The position numbers and the translations under genes are program-made. A stretch of DNA of 49,933 bases, counting the filler, from Trypethelium eluteriae (lineage: Eukaryota), in assembly GCA_051942245.1 (NCBI GenBank). It is 2 parts of 2 records of this genome, joined end to end, with 100 filler letters (N's around TTAATTAATTAA, not from the genome) between each part and the next. Parts side by side here need not be neighbours in the genome. Positions count along the whole stretch, not along the records: positions 25,029 to 49,933 come from JAVECL010000389.1; 1 more part is not named here. The stretch is one strand, 5' to 3'. Under the pieces are notes generated by a model. It was not told the origin of the DNA, searched no databases, and saw nothing but the letters and a program-made list of their open reading frames with translations. Below, piece after piece: positions 36,307 through 48,375 of the stretch (positions are counted from its first letter, which is position 1; the number at the start of each line of letters is the position of its first letter).

Positions 36307-37314
36307 TCAGCCCTCTAACTCAGCAATTCTTGTGGGATTGCTCTCATTTGACTTTTGCCGAGGATACGTGTGTGGATTTGTGATCCGTGGGCCTGGGTAG
36401 TGATTTGCTTGTAGCTCCGCTATTGATGGTTGATAAGCCGGTTGATAGCTCTGTTGGTATGGCTGCTGGCATGGCTGCTGGTACGGCTGATATGGCGGTA
36501 CCGGAGACTGGCTGCTGTGCCTGAACGAGCTCGCATCCTGAAAAGCCGGGTCCATATTGCTCCAGGTCGGACTGACGATAGGTTTGCCATCCGCCGTTTG
36601 ATATGACACTCGCGGGCTGCCATATGAGGTAGGTCCACTAGAAATGCTGAGGGTGTCATCCTCGGAGTGGCTAGAAAGCGGTGGTGGCACCGATTGCGTG
36701 CTGTAATGGTGATTCGAATGGCCTCCATCCGACAAGCTTGGCGAGTATGTGGAGTTAGCGGGACTTCGCAGCTTCTCATTGTAGTTCCTCGTCTCTACCA
36801 AATGCGCCCTCTCAATCATGCGGTCTACCAGCTTCTCATGAGCCTTCTTAAGAGTCCGCTTCACAAAACTTGTGGTCATGAAATTGGAGCGCATGTCAAC
36901 ATCTTCGCGCAGGTAGAGCCCATCTTTGGGCGCACCGAGGCCCATCTCTACAGGTTCGCGAGGTTCACCAGGGAGGTTGCCACCAACTGTCCATTTCTCT
37001 TTGATGTCGAGACCCAGAGGAGCGTAGACGTGTGTTTGTAGACCATTGCTGAGATCATGGAAACAACCATGGTATGTGACATTTCCTTTCGCTAACCCTC
37101 CCGGAAGATATTGTACTTTGTCTGTGAGTTGATACCAGATGCAATGGTATTCTTCGGCATTGGCGAATCCCGGTGGTTTGCACTGAAAGCGCTTGATGAC
37201 AAGAGGATTGAGGTCTATCATTTCAAGGTGATCATGGAGCGTCTCAACAACGGTCTCCCGGGTGATGCCGGCCGGTAGAGGGGTAATGCTGGTATAGACG
37301 GTTCGTTTCGACAT
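36307..37314 (-). CDS. Conserved fungal hypothetical protein (N-terminal domain recalled as DUF7053-like) with a Ser/Pro/Gln-rich tail
   Basis: MSKRTVYTSITPLPAGITRETVVETLHDHLEMIDLNPLV...GLQTHVYAPLGL...GLYLREDVDMR...FVKRTLKKAH; single exon ending IAELEG*. ATG at 37314. Confidence 0.85.
   Translation of the reverse strand: MSKRTVYTSITPLPAGITRETVVETLHDHLEMIDLNPLVIKRFQCKPPGFANAEEYHCIWYQLTDKVQYLPGGLAKGNVTYHGCFHDLSNGLQTHVYAPLGLDIKEKWTVGGNLPGEPREPVEMGLGAPKDGLYLREDVDMRSNFMTTSFVKRTLKKAHEKLVDRMIERAHLVETRNYNEKLRSPANSTYSPSLSDGGHSNHHYSTQSVPPPLSSHSEDDTLSISSGPTSYGSPRVSYQTADGKPIVSPTWSNMDPAFQDASSFRHSSQSPVPPYQPYQQPCQQPYQQSYQPAYQPSIAELQANHYPGPRITNPHTYPRQKSNESNPTRIAELEG
36425..36498 (-). repeat. 12-nt-period coding repeat (YQPYQQPCQQPYQQSYQPAYQP)
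   Basis: Repeated ggctgctgg/ggctgctg units on the + strand, encoding QQPx tetrapeptides. Confidence 0.7.
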
Positions 37315-39894
37315 TTTGAGGCTCGAAGAGGGCTTATGGAGGACAAGAGAGCAGACAGAGAAGGCGCAAAATCGAGAGGGGAGAGAGGCTGGGATTGTAA
37401 TATCGCGGTGCAGGTGGAGATTTGCTTGCCGCACGGATGGGCCGTATCCCGCGGAGGGCGCAGATTCCGCGTGCGAATGCAAGATTGTGGGCGCGACGTG
37501 CTGTGCTCAGTGGATGTCCAGAATTGGAAGGTTGATGCTGTGCCTCGACAATGTCGCAAATCTTTCTCTATCTCACGTAAACGGACGGGAGTTATGCGTG
37601 CGGCTGTCTGTGTAGGCGACGAATGTTGAATAGCGTGTCGCAACGTCATCTGTGGCTAGATAATACGAAGTACCCTGGCCTTACTTACTTACCGGTGTAC
37701 CCACACCCACGCTATTCCATTCTTACGATATCTCGGTTGATCAAAACCGGCTTAGCATAGCTCAAGCACGGAGAATTGCTTGGGGACAACTGGTCTTACC
37801 CGGTGCCCATCTTGCAACCAGTCCGGTGATGCGTGAATCCAACAGTATCGAGACGCCATCTCCGCGAGGAGGTCCAGCCACTACGGCACACACAGCCAGA
37901 TTGCGGTCAATTCTCAGAAGCAAACCTGAGCGCAAGAATAGACAAGCTAGGGCTTCCGCTTAGTCTTGTTTTCTTGTCTTTCTTCTGCGTACGGAATAGG
38001 AAGTAGACCATGAGGGGAGCGACGAGAGCCTGAGCTTGAGAAAAGGCTCATTCTAGTTCTTAGTGCACCGCGGCTCGTGCATAGTTTTAGCACGAGAAAC
38101 AAAGTTTTAGCGACCTCTCGTTCCGTCCGCCTTCCACTTGAAGATGATGGCGATGGTCGTCCTGTTTCATGTTTCCACCTTTCCATCCTCTTGTGTGTCT
38201 TTAGTCAGGAGCCGTCCGCGCTATGCTTTACTTCCCTAATCCTCAGAAATCCTACGTACTGTACTGATTCCTAGGTCTTGTCGTTGCTTGATGCCTTGAG
38301 AGTCCATCCAGAGATCCAGAGATCCAGAGCTAATACTAATACCGATGTGCCCTGGCGCTTACCTCATGTGCGATGAGACGGTCCGTCGGATCGATTTGCT
38401 TCGAGTCCTACGCCCCAGTTCCCAACGATGCCACTGCAATGTTGTCCTTCTCTCCTGCTAGCCACAGAGTTCATGTGTAATCCACCAACTCAAGCCCGGA
38501 CGAGGATTCAACCACTTGTCAAGCACTCAAGCTACCGGTTTCTTCGGCCTAAAAGTGGGCATAGAGTCGCCTTCAGCCCTTTTGAACTTTCACAAGCTGG
38601 TATCTTGGAAATACTCTCCTCGGGGTCTGCTGGTATCAGAAACTCTACTCATCATGCGCCAGAACAGCCGACTGAAGATGACAGTTCTTGCAGCTTGAGC
38701 ATTTATGTCTCACTTATGTCTATCGAAATGACTGTTAGCTTCTCTTGTTTGCCAACAATCAAATGACCAGGTGCTGAGACCGGACGGTAAGAATGCTATT
38801 GTGATCATGGTGCCACCCTAAAAATCATTTCTGATTGCTATCTCGTACGCAATGTCTGGAAATGCTCGTTTAGCCCGACGTTGTCCACTCCTTGCAGACC
38901 AATTTCGAGCATTTCTCTATCACCAAGCATCTCCTCTTTCATCGAGGACCGTTCCTCTGCGTCCCAATTACAGTACTAGGACGAAGTGTTCGGGCAACCC
39001 CCAGCAATTTTGCAGTACCAGCGAGCGGACACTTTTTTCGCATGACTGTACGTTCAGATTTGCGGTTTAAGTCAGGCCACCTAGCCAATCTCTACGCCCA
39101 TTTCGTACGCTAATTGGAAGGCCAGACTTAATGGTCTGTAGTTAAATCCAAATGATTTCAAAGCTACAATTTACAATGCAAGAGCTCGCAATTGGTTTTC
39201 TTTGAAACGCAGTCGCGAATTGCTTACAATGCAGCAAGATTCTAGAATCAGCTACGTTGCGTCACGCATCAACCCTCAGTTCAACCGACAGACAGGCGCA
39301 GAGGAAGAAGAATCAAACGTGATGATTGCCACCATTGTCCTTGACAATGGAGTAAGGCTACTAGTCGAGCCAACTGAAATCTCAGATTAATGCTAAGGTA
39401 TTTTAGGAGTTCGTCACGGCCACACGTCGTCAAAAGTGTACAAAATGCAACAACAAATTAAGGTTAGCACAATGAAGCGGAACATAGGTACTCAGGGTTT
39501 GGAAGGCGCAGTCCAAGGTCGTCAAGAAGAGTAGACTCAAGAATATCTGTGTTGACTTGAACGGATTATGACAATGTGGGCTGCCCAATGCTGTCCATGC
39601 TCATGCTTATCAGGTCAAAAAACCTGATTACGACATGTCTTGTACATTGTAGTACAATCAAATACGTGGCGCTGCAAGCCATGCATCGACACGCCTTCTG
39701 GCCTCAAAAATCACTTTTCTTTCTCCACTGCGCTTCGTATAGCGTGATCTGCCTTGTCGGTATCAATTTGTTTGCCAGCTGACGACGCCTAGGCGTGCAC
39801 ACTGGGGAAATCTCAAGCGATCCTGCATATTTCATCATGAAATCCTATGGCTGATTCAAATCAGGCTGGGGATCGAGGCCAAACCTTGCAAAGT

Positions 39895-40869
39895 ATCGTT
39901 GCGTAGCCCGTTCACAGCAATGATCAGTTCCCTTCACAAGGGCCATCGTGATAAGACCTGGCTGATCCATATCGGATGGTCTAGCACTTGCAGGATCAAT
40001 GTTCTAGGTGCTAAAATGAATCGGTAGGAGCAGCTGGGTCCTCGCGGCTGTTTTGCAAGCATTAGTACTTCGAGGAAGAAAGCCAACGCTCCATCTGTAC
40101 CAAAATAAAGAGAGGTTACGGAAATCGTGGTAAGAATCATTCCGGTCGTGGTTTTTTCAGGAATGGGCACAGGTCGTGTAATGCGTAGCCCGTAATTATT
40201 GTGCGTTGTACGCTTTCGGCCCAGATCCAGGTCTACCAAGACGAACTAGTCAGATCGCTGGCATAAGAAGTTTCTGTCATCCCCTCCAATCATTGATTAC
40301 CGACGTGCTACTTGAGACATTGAGGCTGCAGGGTCGAATCCTTTCGGAATAAAGCTGGTCTTCTCAGCATCTGTCCGAAAGCGAATGTCTCCCTCAAACA
40401 GTCTGATAATCTGGTATAGCGGGAATGCTTGCACAAAGGTCAGCTAGTCGAGGGGCGCCCTTCCTTTTTCTGATGACTGATCAAGAAGGTGCGCTGCCTT
40501 TGCGCCGATCGTTCTAAACACAATGTGCTGCTTCACTTGGCCTTATTTGGTCCTCAACAACGATCCTTTCAATCTTCTCTCCTATGATATCTGGCCAGTC
40601 GTAAATGTCGTGTGATGATGCATCTCTCGCTGTTTGGTTGTCCTGCTCAATCTCTGACAAAGGCTGCATATCATGAATCAATGATGCGCTGGCTGCAATG
40701 TGGATATCTGTCGAACCAGAATGTTGCTCATCATGTGAAAAATTTCTCCATCAGGGTACAAGCGTACCGCCTTCCGAACTTTACAGCAATAACAGTTCGG
40801 TAAGGTAGGGTCGCACCGCTTCTTTGCAAGAACGCAATAGGCGCATGCTCCACGGGATGGAGCTGGCAT
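39895..40869 (-). pseudogene. Decayed Zn(II)2Cys6 transcription factor gene
   Basis: MPAPSRGACAYCVLAKKRCDPTLPNCYCCKVRKAVRLYP, with the sixth Cys replaced by Arg (CGC). Downstream family segments VQAFPLYQIIRLFEGDIRFRTDAE, W*TWIWAESVQRT and ARPSDMDQPGLITM. In-frame TAGs at 40444-40446 and 40233-40235, plus frame changes. Confidence 0.85.
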
Positions 40870-42133
40870 AGCAAGGATGCAGATTAGAAACTCCGGCCAA
40901 GTGTGGATCATGTCAGGGGTCGGAACAACCGGGGATGATGAAACAAATGTCGGCTATCTAATTACCCCTGAACCCAATCTAGTAAAGGTACAGTACATAC
41001 GTATATTACCTTATCTATCTATGTCTGCATATCATCTACTTAACTCATAAATCTTCGGCGCGTCGTACGCTGCAGGGCGATGTATGCAAAGCACGAAATA
41101 TGCTAACAGCCGCGAAAGCTCAGGCATTGTTCTTCGTAGTCGGTCGAGACTCATTATACACGCGTTGCATAAAGCCATCTCCGCTGAGCTCCGAAACTCA
41201 TTACAGGCAAACATTCCTCGGATAGGGCTTACAAAAAGCAAATCCAACATCATCATCATCACCCAATGACTCGTACGGGAAAGAAGCGCCATGGCTTGAA
41301 GCGATTGGGGAATTGTTAGCCACCACGGCCCCACCAGTGGAACAGCGTCTCGGAGGGTTTCGAACCACCCCGAACCATTTAATATATTTCTAGGAAGGCT
41401 ACCGGACTTACAGTATAATCGTTCGAATAGCGGGAGAGTCATGCCCTTCGCATCCCAATCCGTGCTCCAAGGCCCAAATACCGAATCTAAATAATTTTAA
41501 AATAGGACATTTAGAACTCAAGAAATGATAGGGCGCAAATACCAGAGATCAAAGCTCAGAGTGGATGGGCTAGAGTCTAGAGCTTGGCTTGTTGCTAACA
41601 ACGTCTAAGCGACTGTCCTAACATTGGTTCTCTCCCAACCATTCCCGTCTGTGCAACGGTCGTTTCGGAACGATCAGCCAATACCTGATCAGTACGGGAG
41701 TCATGAGTCCGGACATAAAACGGTTTTACATTACCGGCATGCGTTTTGATGTCCCGCTATTATGTAGGATGAATTGTGGGTAGCGCGCCGGATTGGTAAA
41801 GCCTGCATCCTGCGTTTCGTCCTTTACTCTATGTTGTGGAGTATCATAAAGTCGCTCTGACCCCATGATAGATTTTCAGACCGGCGTAAGTACCTCTCGT
41901 TGTCTCGTACCATATTTCCGAGTCGCATAGTCGCTCGTGTCATTCTTTTGAACAATACATATGTTCACTTCGAAATAGTCCAGGTTGTCATTGCTTTCGT
42001 TCTTTTGAAGACCACTCTCGTTCGTTCCAAGCCGTCATTCGTTTGCAAATTTGACCTTAGCGATTTGCAATTTTTCTGAGTGGTTAGATTTCTGCAAGCA
42101 AAAAGGTAGAGAATCAACGGGGAAAAGCGGGTC

Positions 42134-43613
42134 ATGATGCACTTGGCTACTATAACTGCCCTCACGACAATCTTTTCTGGTGCCTTTGCTGGTCAATTTG
42201 TTCTACAGGGTCGGGACAGCGTCGTTCAACGTGCAGACCCTATCCTGAATCCTGGCCAAATTAGCCAGCATGTCCACGTATTCATGGGAAGTAACGGTCT
42301 TTCCAACGATGTGACGTATGACTCGCTGCAAAAGTCATCTTGCAGTACGATGGGGAATGCATCGAATTGGATCGTCGAGGATCATAGTATGTATTGGCAC
42401 CCGGCAATGTACGTCAAGGCGAAGGGTAGCGATCAGCTCCTTCGTGTCCCCAACAACGGACATAACATCTACTACAAGTGAGTTTGATCCCTGAGTCGCC
42501 ATCGCATGAAATGCTAAATCAAAGAAGTGATCACGGAGCGAGCCCTCCTCGAGATCCTTTCGAGTTTCCGCCAGGATTTCGAATGATTGCTGGTGATTCT
42601 CAGATGAGAGGTGCGGCTGAAAATGTGGTGCCAGGGAACAGCAGTGAACGTCAGAATCGTCAAAACATTACACAATGGATATGCCACGAGAATGACCCGT
42701 CAGGTTCCTTGCCTCAAGGCGTATCTGGAGGTTTCCCAGACATGGCTGGACTCAGTGCTTGCTCTGCATACGACGGATTTAACGGTGCCATCCACTTTCC
42801 CCAATGCTGGAACGGAAATGATTTTGATCAAGAAAATCCGACTGCTCACATGGTATATGCAGTAGGAGACATTGAAAATGGAGTGTGCCCTGACTCCCAT
42901 CCCATCAAACTGCCTCATCTCTTCATGGAAAACTCTTTTGATCTGTCTGGGATTGATGGTGAATGGGATGAAGACACATTCATGCTTGCTCAGGGCGATC
43001 CGACTGGCTTCGGCTGGCACGCAGACTTTGTAGGGCATACTGTTCTCTGTGTAACGCACAAAACGCTGACCATATGCAGTTCAATGGCTGGGAACAAGGT
43101 GTACTCTCGAAGCTCATCATGAGCTGCGTGGAGGATGGCCTCGGTCCTGAGTGCTCTCCGTTCACTCTCGGAGGATCGGTCAATGACTGCAACATTCCTC
43201 TGCTTTATAAAGAAGACGTCGACGGTCCCATTGCTGCAGCACCCGGCTGCAATCCAAACACAACAGTGAACCCAGCGCCTCTTCTCCAGCCGTGTCCCTT
43301 GGGCACTTACGGTGGTACTGGTACTGGTACTCCAGTCTTGTCAGGCGCATCAGATTCCTCCGTTACCAGTCCAGCTATTGCCAGCTCCGATACTGTCGTT
43401 GCACCAGTGTCAACCATTAGCTCCAGCAGTGATCCTGCTGCGCAAGCTTCATCCAGCACAGTGAGCTCAAGTACTGCTTCTCTCACCTCTGCGTCAGCAG
43501 ACTCGTCTTCCGCGGCCAAGCATACCCATACCCATTGGATCCACACCGTAGTGACGAAGTATGTGGAGGCGCGAGCAGAGCCTACAAGAAGAGCTGTTGA
43601 ATTTGCAGGATAA
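42134..43613 (+). CDS. Secreted DUF1996-domain protein with a Ser/Thr-rich linker and His-rich tail; introns 42478-42527 and 43030-43079
   Basis: Signal peptide, RADPILNPG..SQHVHVFMGS, DHSMYWHP, FPPGFRMIAGD, FPQCWNG, CPDSHPIKLP, GDPTGFGWHADFFNGW. Confidence 0.92.
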
Positions 43614-44324
43614 TTGTCGATCAATCAAATTTGTTGTGTGAGGCTTGCCCGAGGGAGCAATGGATGGTGTTTCAATTCGATTCTTGATTTTAGTCCGTAT
43701 AGACGTGGCTCTTCCTTTGACTCAGGATTAAGCGCCGGATCGCAGAGCATTCTAGTTACTTTCGAGTTAGATATTAAATATTCATTGGCTATTTTTTTTT
43801 TTTGGGGATTTCATCTGAACCGATTAGAGAGCTGCATTAATCAAACTGTTGTTTGATCAGAAAAGAAATATCCTGGAGTTGCAGGGATCGTCGCTTGTGA
43901 TCTGCAGGGACTGGGATTCCGTTGGGAATCTGACCCATGTCTCGCGGATAACTCTTCATTCACACTTTGGCCTAGGAATTGCAAGCTGCCATCGCCTTGA
44001 ACTGTGTGCTATGCGACAACTGGATTACTTATCAGTGTCACCAGCTACATCACGTGCATGTTCAGCTAAGATCACTGTGGGCTCGTGAAGGTCCTTCCTG
44101 AAGCGCGACTTCTGGCTCGTTTGCCTCAGCATAGCCAATGCCCTTAACGGTCACTATCCGAGCTTCGCTTGTCGCTGCCCCAGGCAGAAAGCATTTCTCA
44201 ATCAATGCGCCTTCAGGAGGTAAGCCTTATCGATCCTATATCTTTAATGACCATCGTTGAAAGAGGAAGCACTGGCAGTCAACGTGTCTCCGTATAGACC
44301 ACTTCATTCCTAGCCCGTTGGACC

Positions 44325-45884
44325 ATGCCTGACGAACGCGAACTCGATTTATCAGCTGCACAGCTAGCAGACGTCAAGCAACACCATAATGCCATCGGAG
44401 AAATCCTTGAGGATTATGGAAGATTGCTACGCGATCACAAAAGATTACTCAGTGATCTAGAGGAAGAACGCAATCGTAGAGAGTTTTACAAACAACAAAC
44501 TAAGGGCCAGGACCGGGATCCATACGTCCTAGTCTTGATCGACGGAGATGGATATATTTTTGCCGATGATCTCATAAGCAAATATGTTGATGGACAACGC
44601 AAATGTACGGAGGAGGGTGGCTTGAAGGCCGCCGATCTCCTGGACAATGCCATAAGAAATGATTTGAGAAGACGGAGCTTAGACAGATGTCGTGTCGAAG
44701 TGTTGGTATATGCTAATGTTGCTGGTCTATCTAAAGCTCTTGCTCGCCAAGGCCTGGCTGGACAGCATAGCAGATCATTAGCTGCTTTTGCAACCGGCTT
44801 TACACGAGGCCGAAGCCACTTCGATTATGTGGACGCAGGGGAGCTTAAGGAAGGGGCCGACTTCAAAATTAAAGCCAAGTTTGAATCGGCAATCGCTTCA
44901 GTCCAGTGTAAGCACGTTTACTTTGCTGGCTGCCACGATGTCGGATACATCAATCTGTTACAACAATACTGCGGTCGAAGCGATGAGAACTCGCGCATTA
45001 CTCTCTTAAAAGGTCCCTCGTTTCACCCAGGCTTTTCAACACTTGGCCTAGCAGTTCAGGAACCGTATGGAGACTTCCGCAACCTTTTTCGCACTGCACC
45101 AATCGATTTTAACCACACCAACCCCATCAATACGAGGAATGGGTTGCAAACACCTCCTATAATCACTCCGACGACACCGACTTTTCAAGATGCGCCTTCA
45201 TCGCCCGTGTGTAAGTTCTACTTACAGGGGCGCTGCAGCTATGGCAAAGACTGCAAGAACGTACATCCTCTCAAAAGCCTACCGAATAGGCACATACCCC
45301 CAACAACTACTGTTCGCCCACGACAGGATATTGAATCGCAGCAAGAAAAAGCTGCTAGACTACTACCTCGGCAAGCGCCTGAGTCTGGACTGATACCATT
45401 AAATTGTCATGATTGTCGACTTGATCTTTATCATCCAACTCCTACTTCCGAACAGCTAAAAACTTGGAAAGAACATACCTCTAAAATCAAAGTCTGTAAC
45501 AACTACCACCTAGGACTGGGTTGCGAGATAAATGAGTGTCATTATAATCACCAACCCCTTTCCCCTGACCAGATCGAGACGCTTCGCATTATGAACCGGA
45601 ATAGCCCGTGTAAACAGCAAGGCGCATGTCGCAAGAAAGACTGCCCAAAAGGTCATATCTGTCAAAAGGACTGTCGGGGAAGTGCGATCCCTGGAATGTG
45701 CAAATTACCCGGTCGAGCTCACCACACGGAATTTAGCGTCGCTCAGTGGGTGCCAGCAGAAGCTGCGCCGCATTCGACGCCTGTCTTTGATGATATCTCC
45801 GAGTCTGGGGACCAAGACGAGGATGACGAGGATGAAGACAGTGCATCCGCCGCTGGGGCACAGCTCCTTCCTGACCTTGATTAA
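44325..45884 (+). CDS. CCCH zinc-finger protein with an N-terminal coiled coil and an NYN/PIN-like alpha/beta domain
   Basis: PYVLVLIDGDGYIF, VYANVAGL, FDYVDAG..KEGADFKI, VYFAGCHDVGY; zinc fingers CKFYLQGRCSYGKDCKNVH, CNNYHLGLGCEINECHYNH and CKQQGACRKKDCPKGH; acidic tail. A short upstream exon (donor GTAAGC at 44220) is possible. Confidence 0.88.
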   Translation: MPDERELDLSAAQLADVKQHHNAIGEILEDYGRLLRDHKRLLSDLEEERNRREFYKQQTKGQDRDPYVLVLIDGDGYIFADDLISKYVDGQRKCTEEGGLKAADLLDNAIRNDLRRRSLDRCRVEVLVYANVAGLSKALARQGLAGQHSRSLAAFATGFTRGRSHFDYVDAGELKEGADFKIKAKFESAIASVQCKHVYFAGCHDVGYINLLQQYCGRSDENSRITLLKGPSFHPGFSTLGLAVQEPYGDFRNLFRTAPIDFNHTNPINTRNGLQTPPIITPTTPTFQDAPSSPVCKFYLQGRCSYGKDCKNVHPLKSLPNRHIPPTTTVRPRQDIESQQEKAARLLPRQAPESGLIPLNCHDCRLDLYHPTPTSEQLKTWKEHTSKIKVCNNYHLGLGCEINECHYNHQPLSPDQIETLRIMNRNSPCKQQGACRKKDCPKGHICQKDCRGSAIPGMCKLPGRAHHTEFSVAQWVPAEAAPHSTPVFDDISESGDQDEDDEDEDSASAAGAQLLPDLD

Positions 45885-47095
45885 TGATTTGTTCCCACTA
45901 AGCTAAGCTCCTAGTGGTATTGCTCTCACTGCATCAAAGGCATTCGGTGTCTCCGAATTAAATTTCTCGGCTCAATGGTGAAGGTGACTTGGGAGTAAGT
46001 ATACCTTGGTAGAGTTCGTACCGTGATGGTCTAGCAGCAGCGGTGATTCAAGACCTGATCGGACAAAATGGCGATTAGGACTGGAACTCTTATTGAATTT
46101 GGGGACTGGCACCCAATTGCGATAATTCCGAGGCAATTGAATGCGGTCGAAGTACGATTTGCAAAGCTTGGCCGCCCTGGTGGAAATTGTAGAGGCAAAA
46201 TAGGTGTGGCAATGATGTAGCTGCAGCGGATCAACGTCCGAAAGGAGAAGCAGTCGGCCGAGCATTATGTACCTATTCAAGACCTTCTAGACGGACAATG
46301 AACCCTCTTACGAACTACTTTCAGCCACATTGGCGACAGCTCAGCTAGTTGACGGCCTGCATTAGGTAGCATCCAATCCCCCACTCCACACACTGTTCCA
46401 AGCCCGCGATATGATCCTCGGCCGGCCTCTTCTTGAACCGGTACGAGATACACGGAGGGAGCCGACGAGATCTCTCCACACATATCGACTGACACAGCAG
46501 ACGCCATGCACTTCCGAAGCCCGTATCGATGCTTTGAAGCTGGCCATGTGTGGCGAAGTTGGCGCTTCATAACTGCCGATGGCTTGCGATTAAACTCATG
46601 TCGTCTCATCGGCCTCGGCGAGTTCAGATGCAGAAAGCAGCTGCTTTCCCCACGATGCAAGTCGTTGCTTTTTGCTCGCCTCCAGTTTGCTGACTATTTG
46701 TTGGAATGGTGTCACCCCGACCAATGGTGAACCGCGCAACTGAACGATGTGACGACTACCTATACCCTGTCGGAAAGCTGCGGCGAGCCTCAATGACGGT
46801 AAAACGTATCTGGCAGCTCTCTGTTCGAGCAAGCGATATCCTTGATTACACCAGTCGATATTACTCGGTCGTACTAGTCGCATTCGCTCAAAGATCATGC
46901 AAGCCCCGTGGGGTTTTAATTCATGGCGCGGAAGTACAACGTCCCTTTTTTACCCCTTGGAGTACTCCATTGCTAAATGGATCGACTGCACAGGAGGATG
47001 ATATTAAATCCCCCTGTCTCCCCCTTCTTCTACATCTTCTACCTACGCTTAAAATTCTCTAAAAGTTCATAAATGTTACAGGTTGGATCAGCACC

Positions 47096-48375
47096 ATGAC
47101 AGAACTCTATACGCCTGCTAGTATCATTGCGCTCTTCGTCATCTTCCCCCTCATTGCTCTAGTAGTTCTTGGTCTACGCTTTCATGTGCGTCTTAACCTA
47201 CAGAAACCCCGAGAACTCGGAATTGATGATTGGATGGTTCTCGTTGGAACCATCCTCACGGTGTCACTTAATATCAATGGTCTAGTTTGTATGTCGCAGC
47301 AAACCCTCGTCCGTGACTAATCTTGGACACTGACATGTCACGATAGCTACCATCGATGGCGGCCTTGGGAGACATACTCAGCTCACCCCGGAGGGCAAAC
47401 CAATACCAACACCACGGCTCCGTGTCACTCAACATGTATGTACCTGAAAGCGCTGTTACTTAAAGCAAGTATATACGCTGACGAGACTTCTAAAGACTGT
47501 CTATCCCCAGGACATCATCGAAAAGGTCGCTTATGGCCTTGTGAAGCTAAGCATCTTGTTCTTCTACCGCCGCATTTTCCGGGTCGAGAGCTTCAGACGC
47601 ATCAATAGCATTATCATCGCTATCGTCGGACTCTGGGCCATCGTCTTCTTTTTCGTGACCATCTTCGAGTGCGGCGTCCACCCGGCCGTCCAGTGGACAG
47701 CATCCAAAGAGGTCCAAGATGCTACCTGCGTTAATACCGCGAGACTTCTCCTGTGCTTTGCCATTACGGATATCATTACCGACTTTTTTGTTCTCGTTCT
47801 GCCAATCAGGCAAGTCTGGCGGCTGCAGATGTCGCTGAAGAACAAATATGCGGTGTCGTTCATTTTTGCTCTCGGTGGCCTGTCTACTGCGGCGGGCATT
47901 GTGAGGCTAGGTCTTGTCGTGAGGGCTTCAAATGGTATGAGTCTCAATCCTTTACGGAACGCGTTCGTGCGTACCTCCTCATTGATGGTACATTGACAAA
48001 TAATCTGCAGCCGACTACGGTGCAAGTAGCGACACCCTCGGTCAACTGACTCCGCCGTTCGTTTGGACGAATCTTGAAGTCACCATCGGCGTCATCGCCG
48101 CCTCGCTTCCTACATTAGGACCATTATGGAAAGCCTTCCGCGAGAACATTAGCACTCGTGGCCGTTCTTCTGACCCACACTCAGATGATTCAGTGGCAGC
48201 TGCGAAGCGGAGAGCTCAAAGAAATTACTCCAGCGATGGATTTCCGAGGAGGCAGCTTGAAAGCCAGGAGAGCATAGCGCCGCTGCAACTCGAGAAGCTT
48301 GACGTTTCACAAGTCCGAGCTAAACCGATCGACACCAGCACGAGCTCGCTGAGGAGATATGATTCGCTAGTCTAA
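47096..48375 (+). CDS. Second PTH11-like integral membrane protein (rhodopsin domain, no CFEM); introns 47289-47346, 47436-47495, 47935-48010
   Basis: LRFHVR, LGIDDW, GGLGRH, VKLSILFFYRRIF, FECG...W, DIITDFFVLVLP..VWRLQM, GIVRL, WTNLEVTIGVIAASLPTLGPL. Confidence 0.92.

Noticed and set aside
37315..37482. 56-codon upstream extension of the 36307..37314 gene
   Set aside because: Starts at TTG, runs through a CT-rich leader and has no targeting-peptide character, unlike the GRX extension.
38305..38343. Short tandem units (ATCCAGAG x3, CTAATA x2)
   Set aside because: Ordinary slippage microsatellites; no CRISPR-like repeat-spacer organisation.
45972..47062. Cluster of 60-130 aa ORFs between the CCCH gene and the second PTH11 gene
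   Set aside because: No recognisable motifs or consistent exon structure; a relic cannot be excluded without a search.
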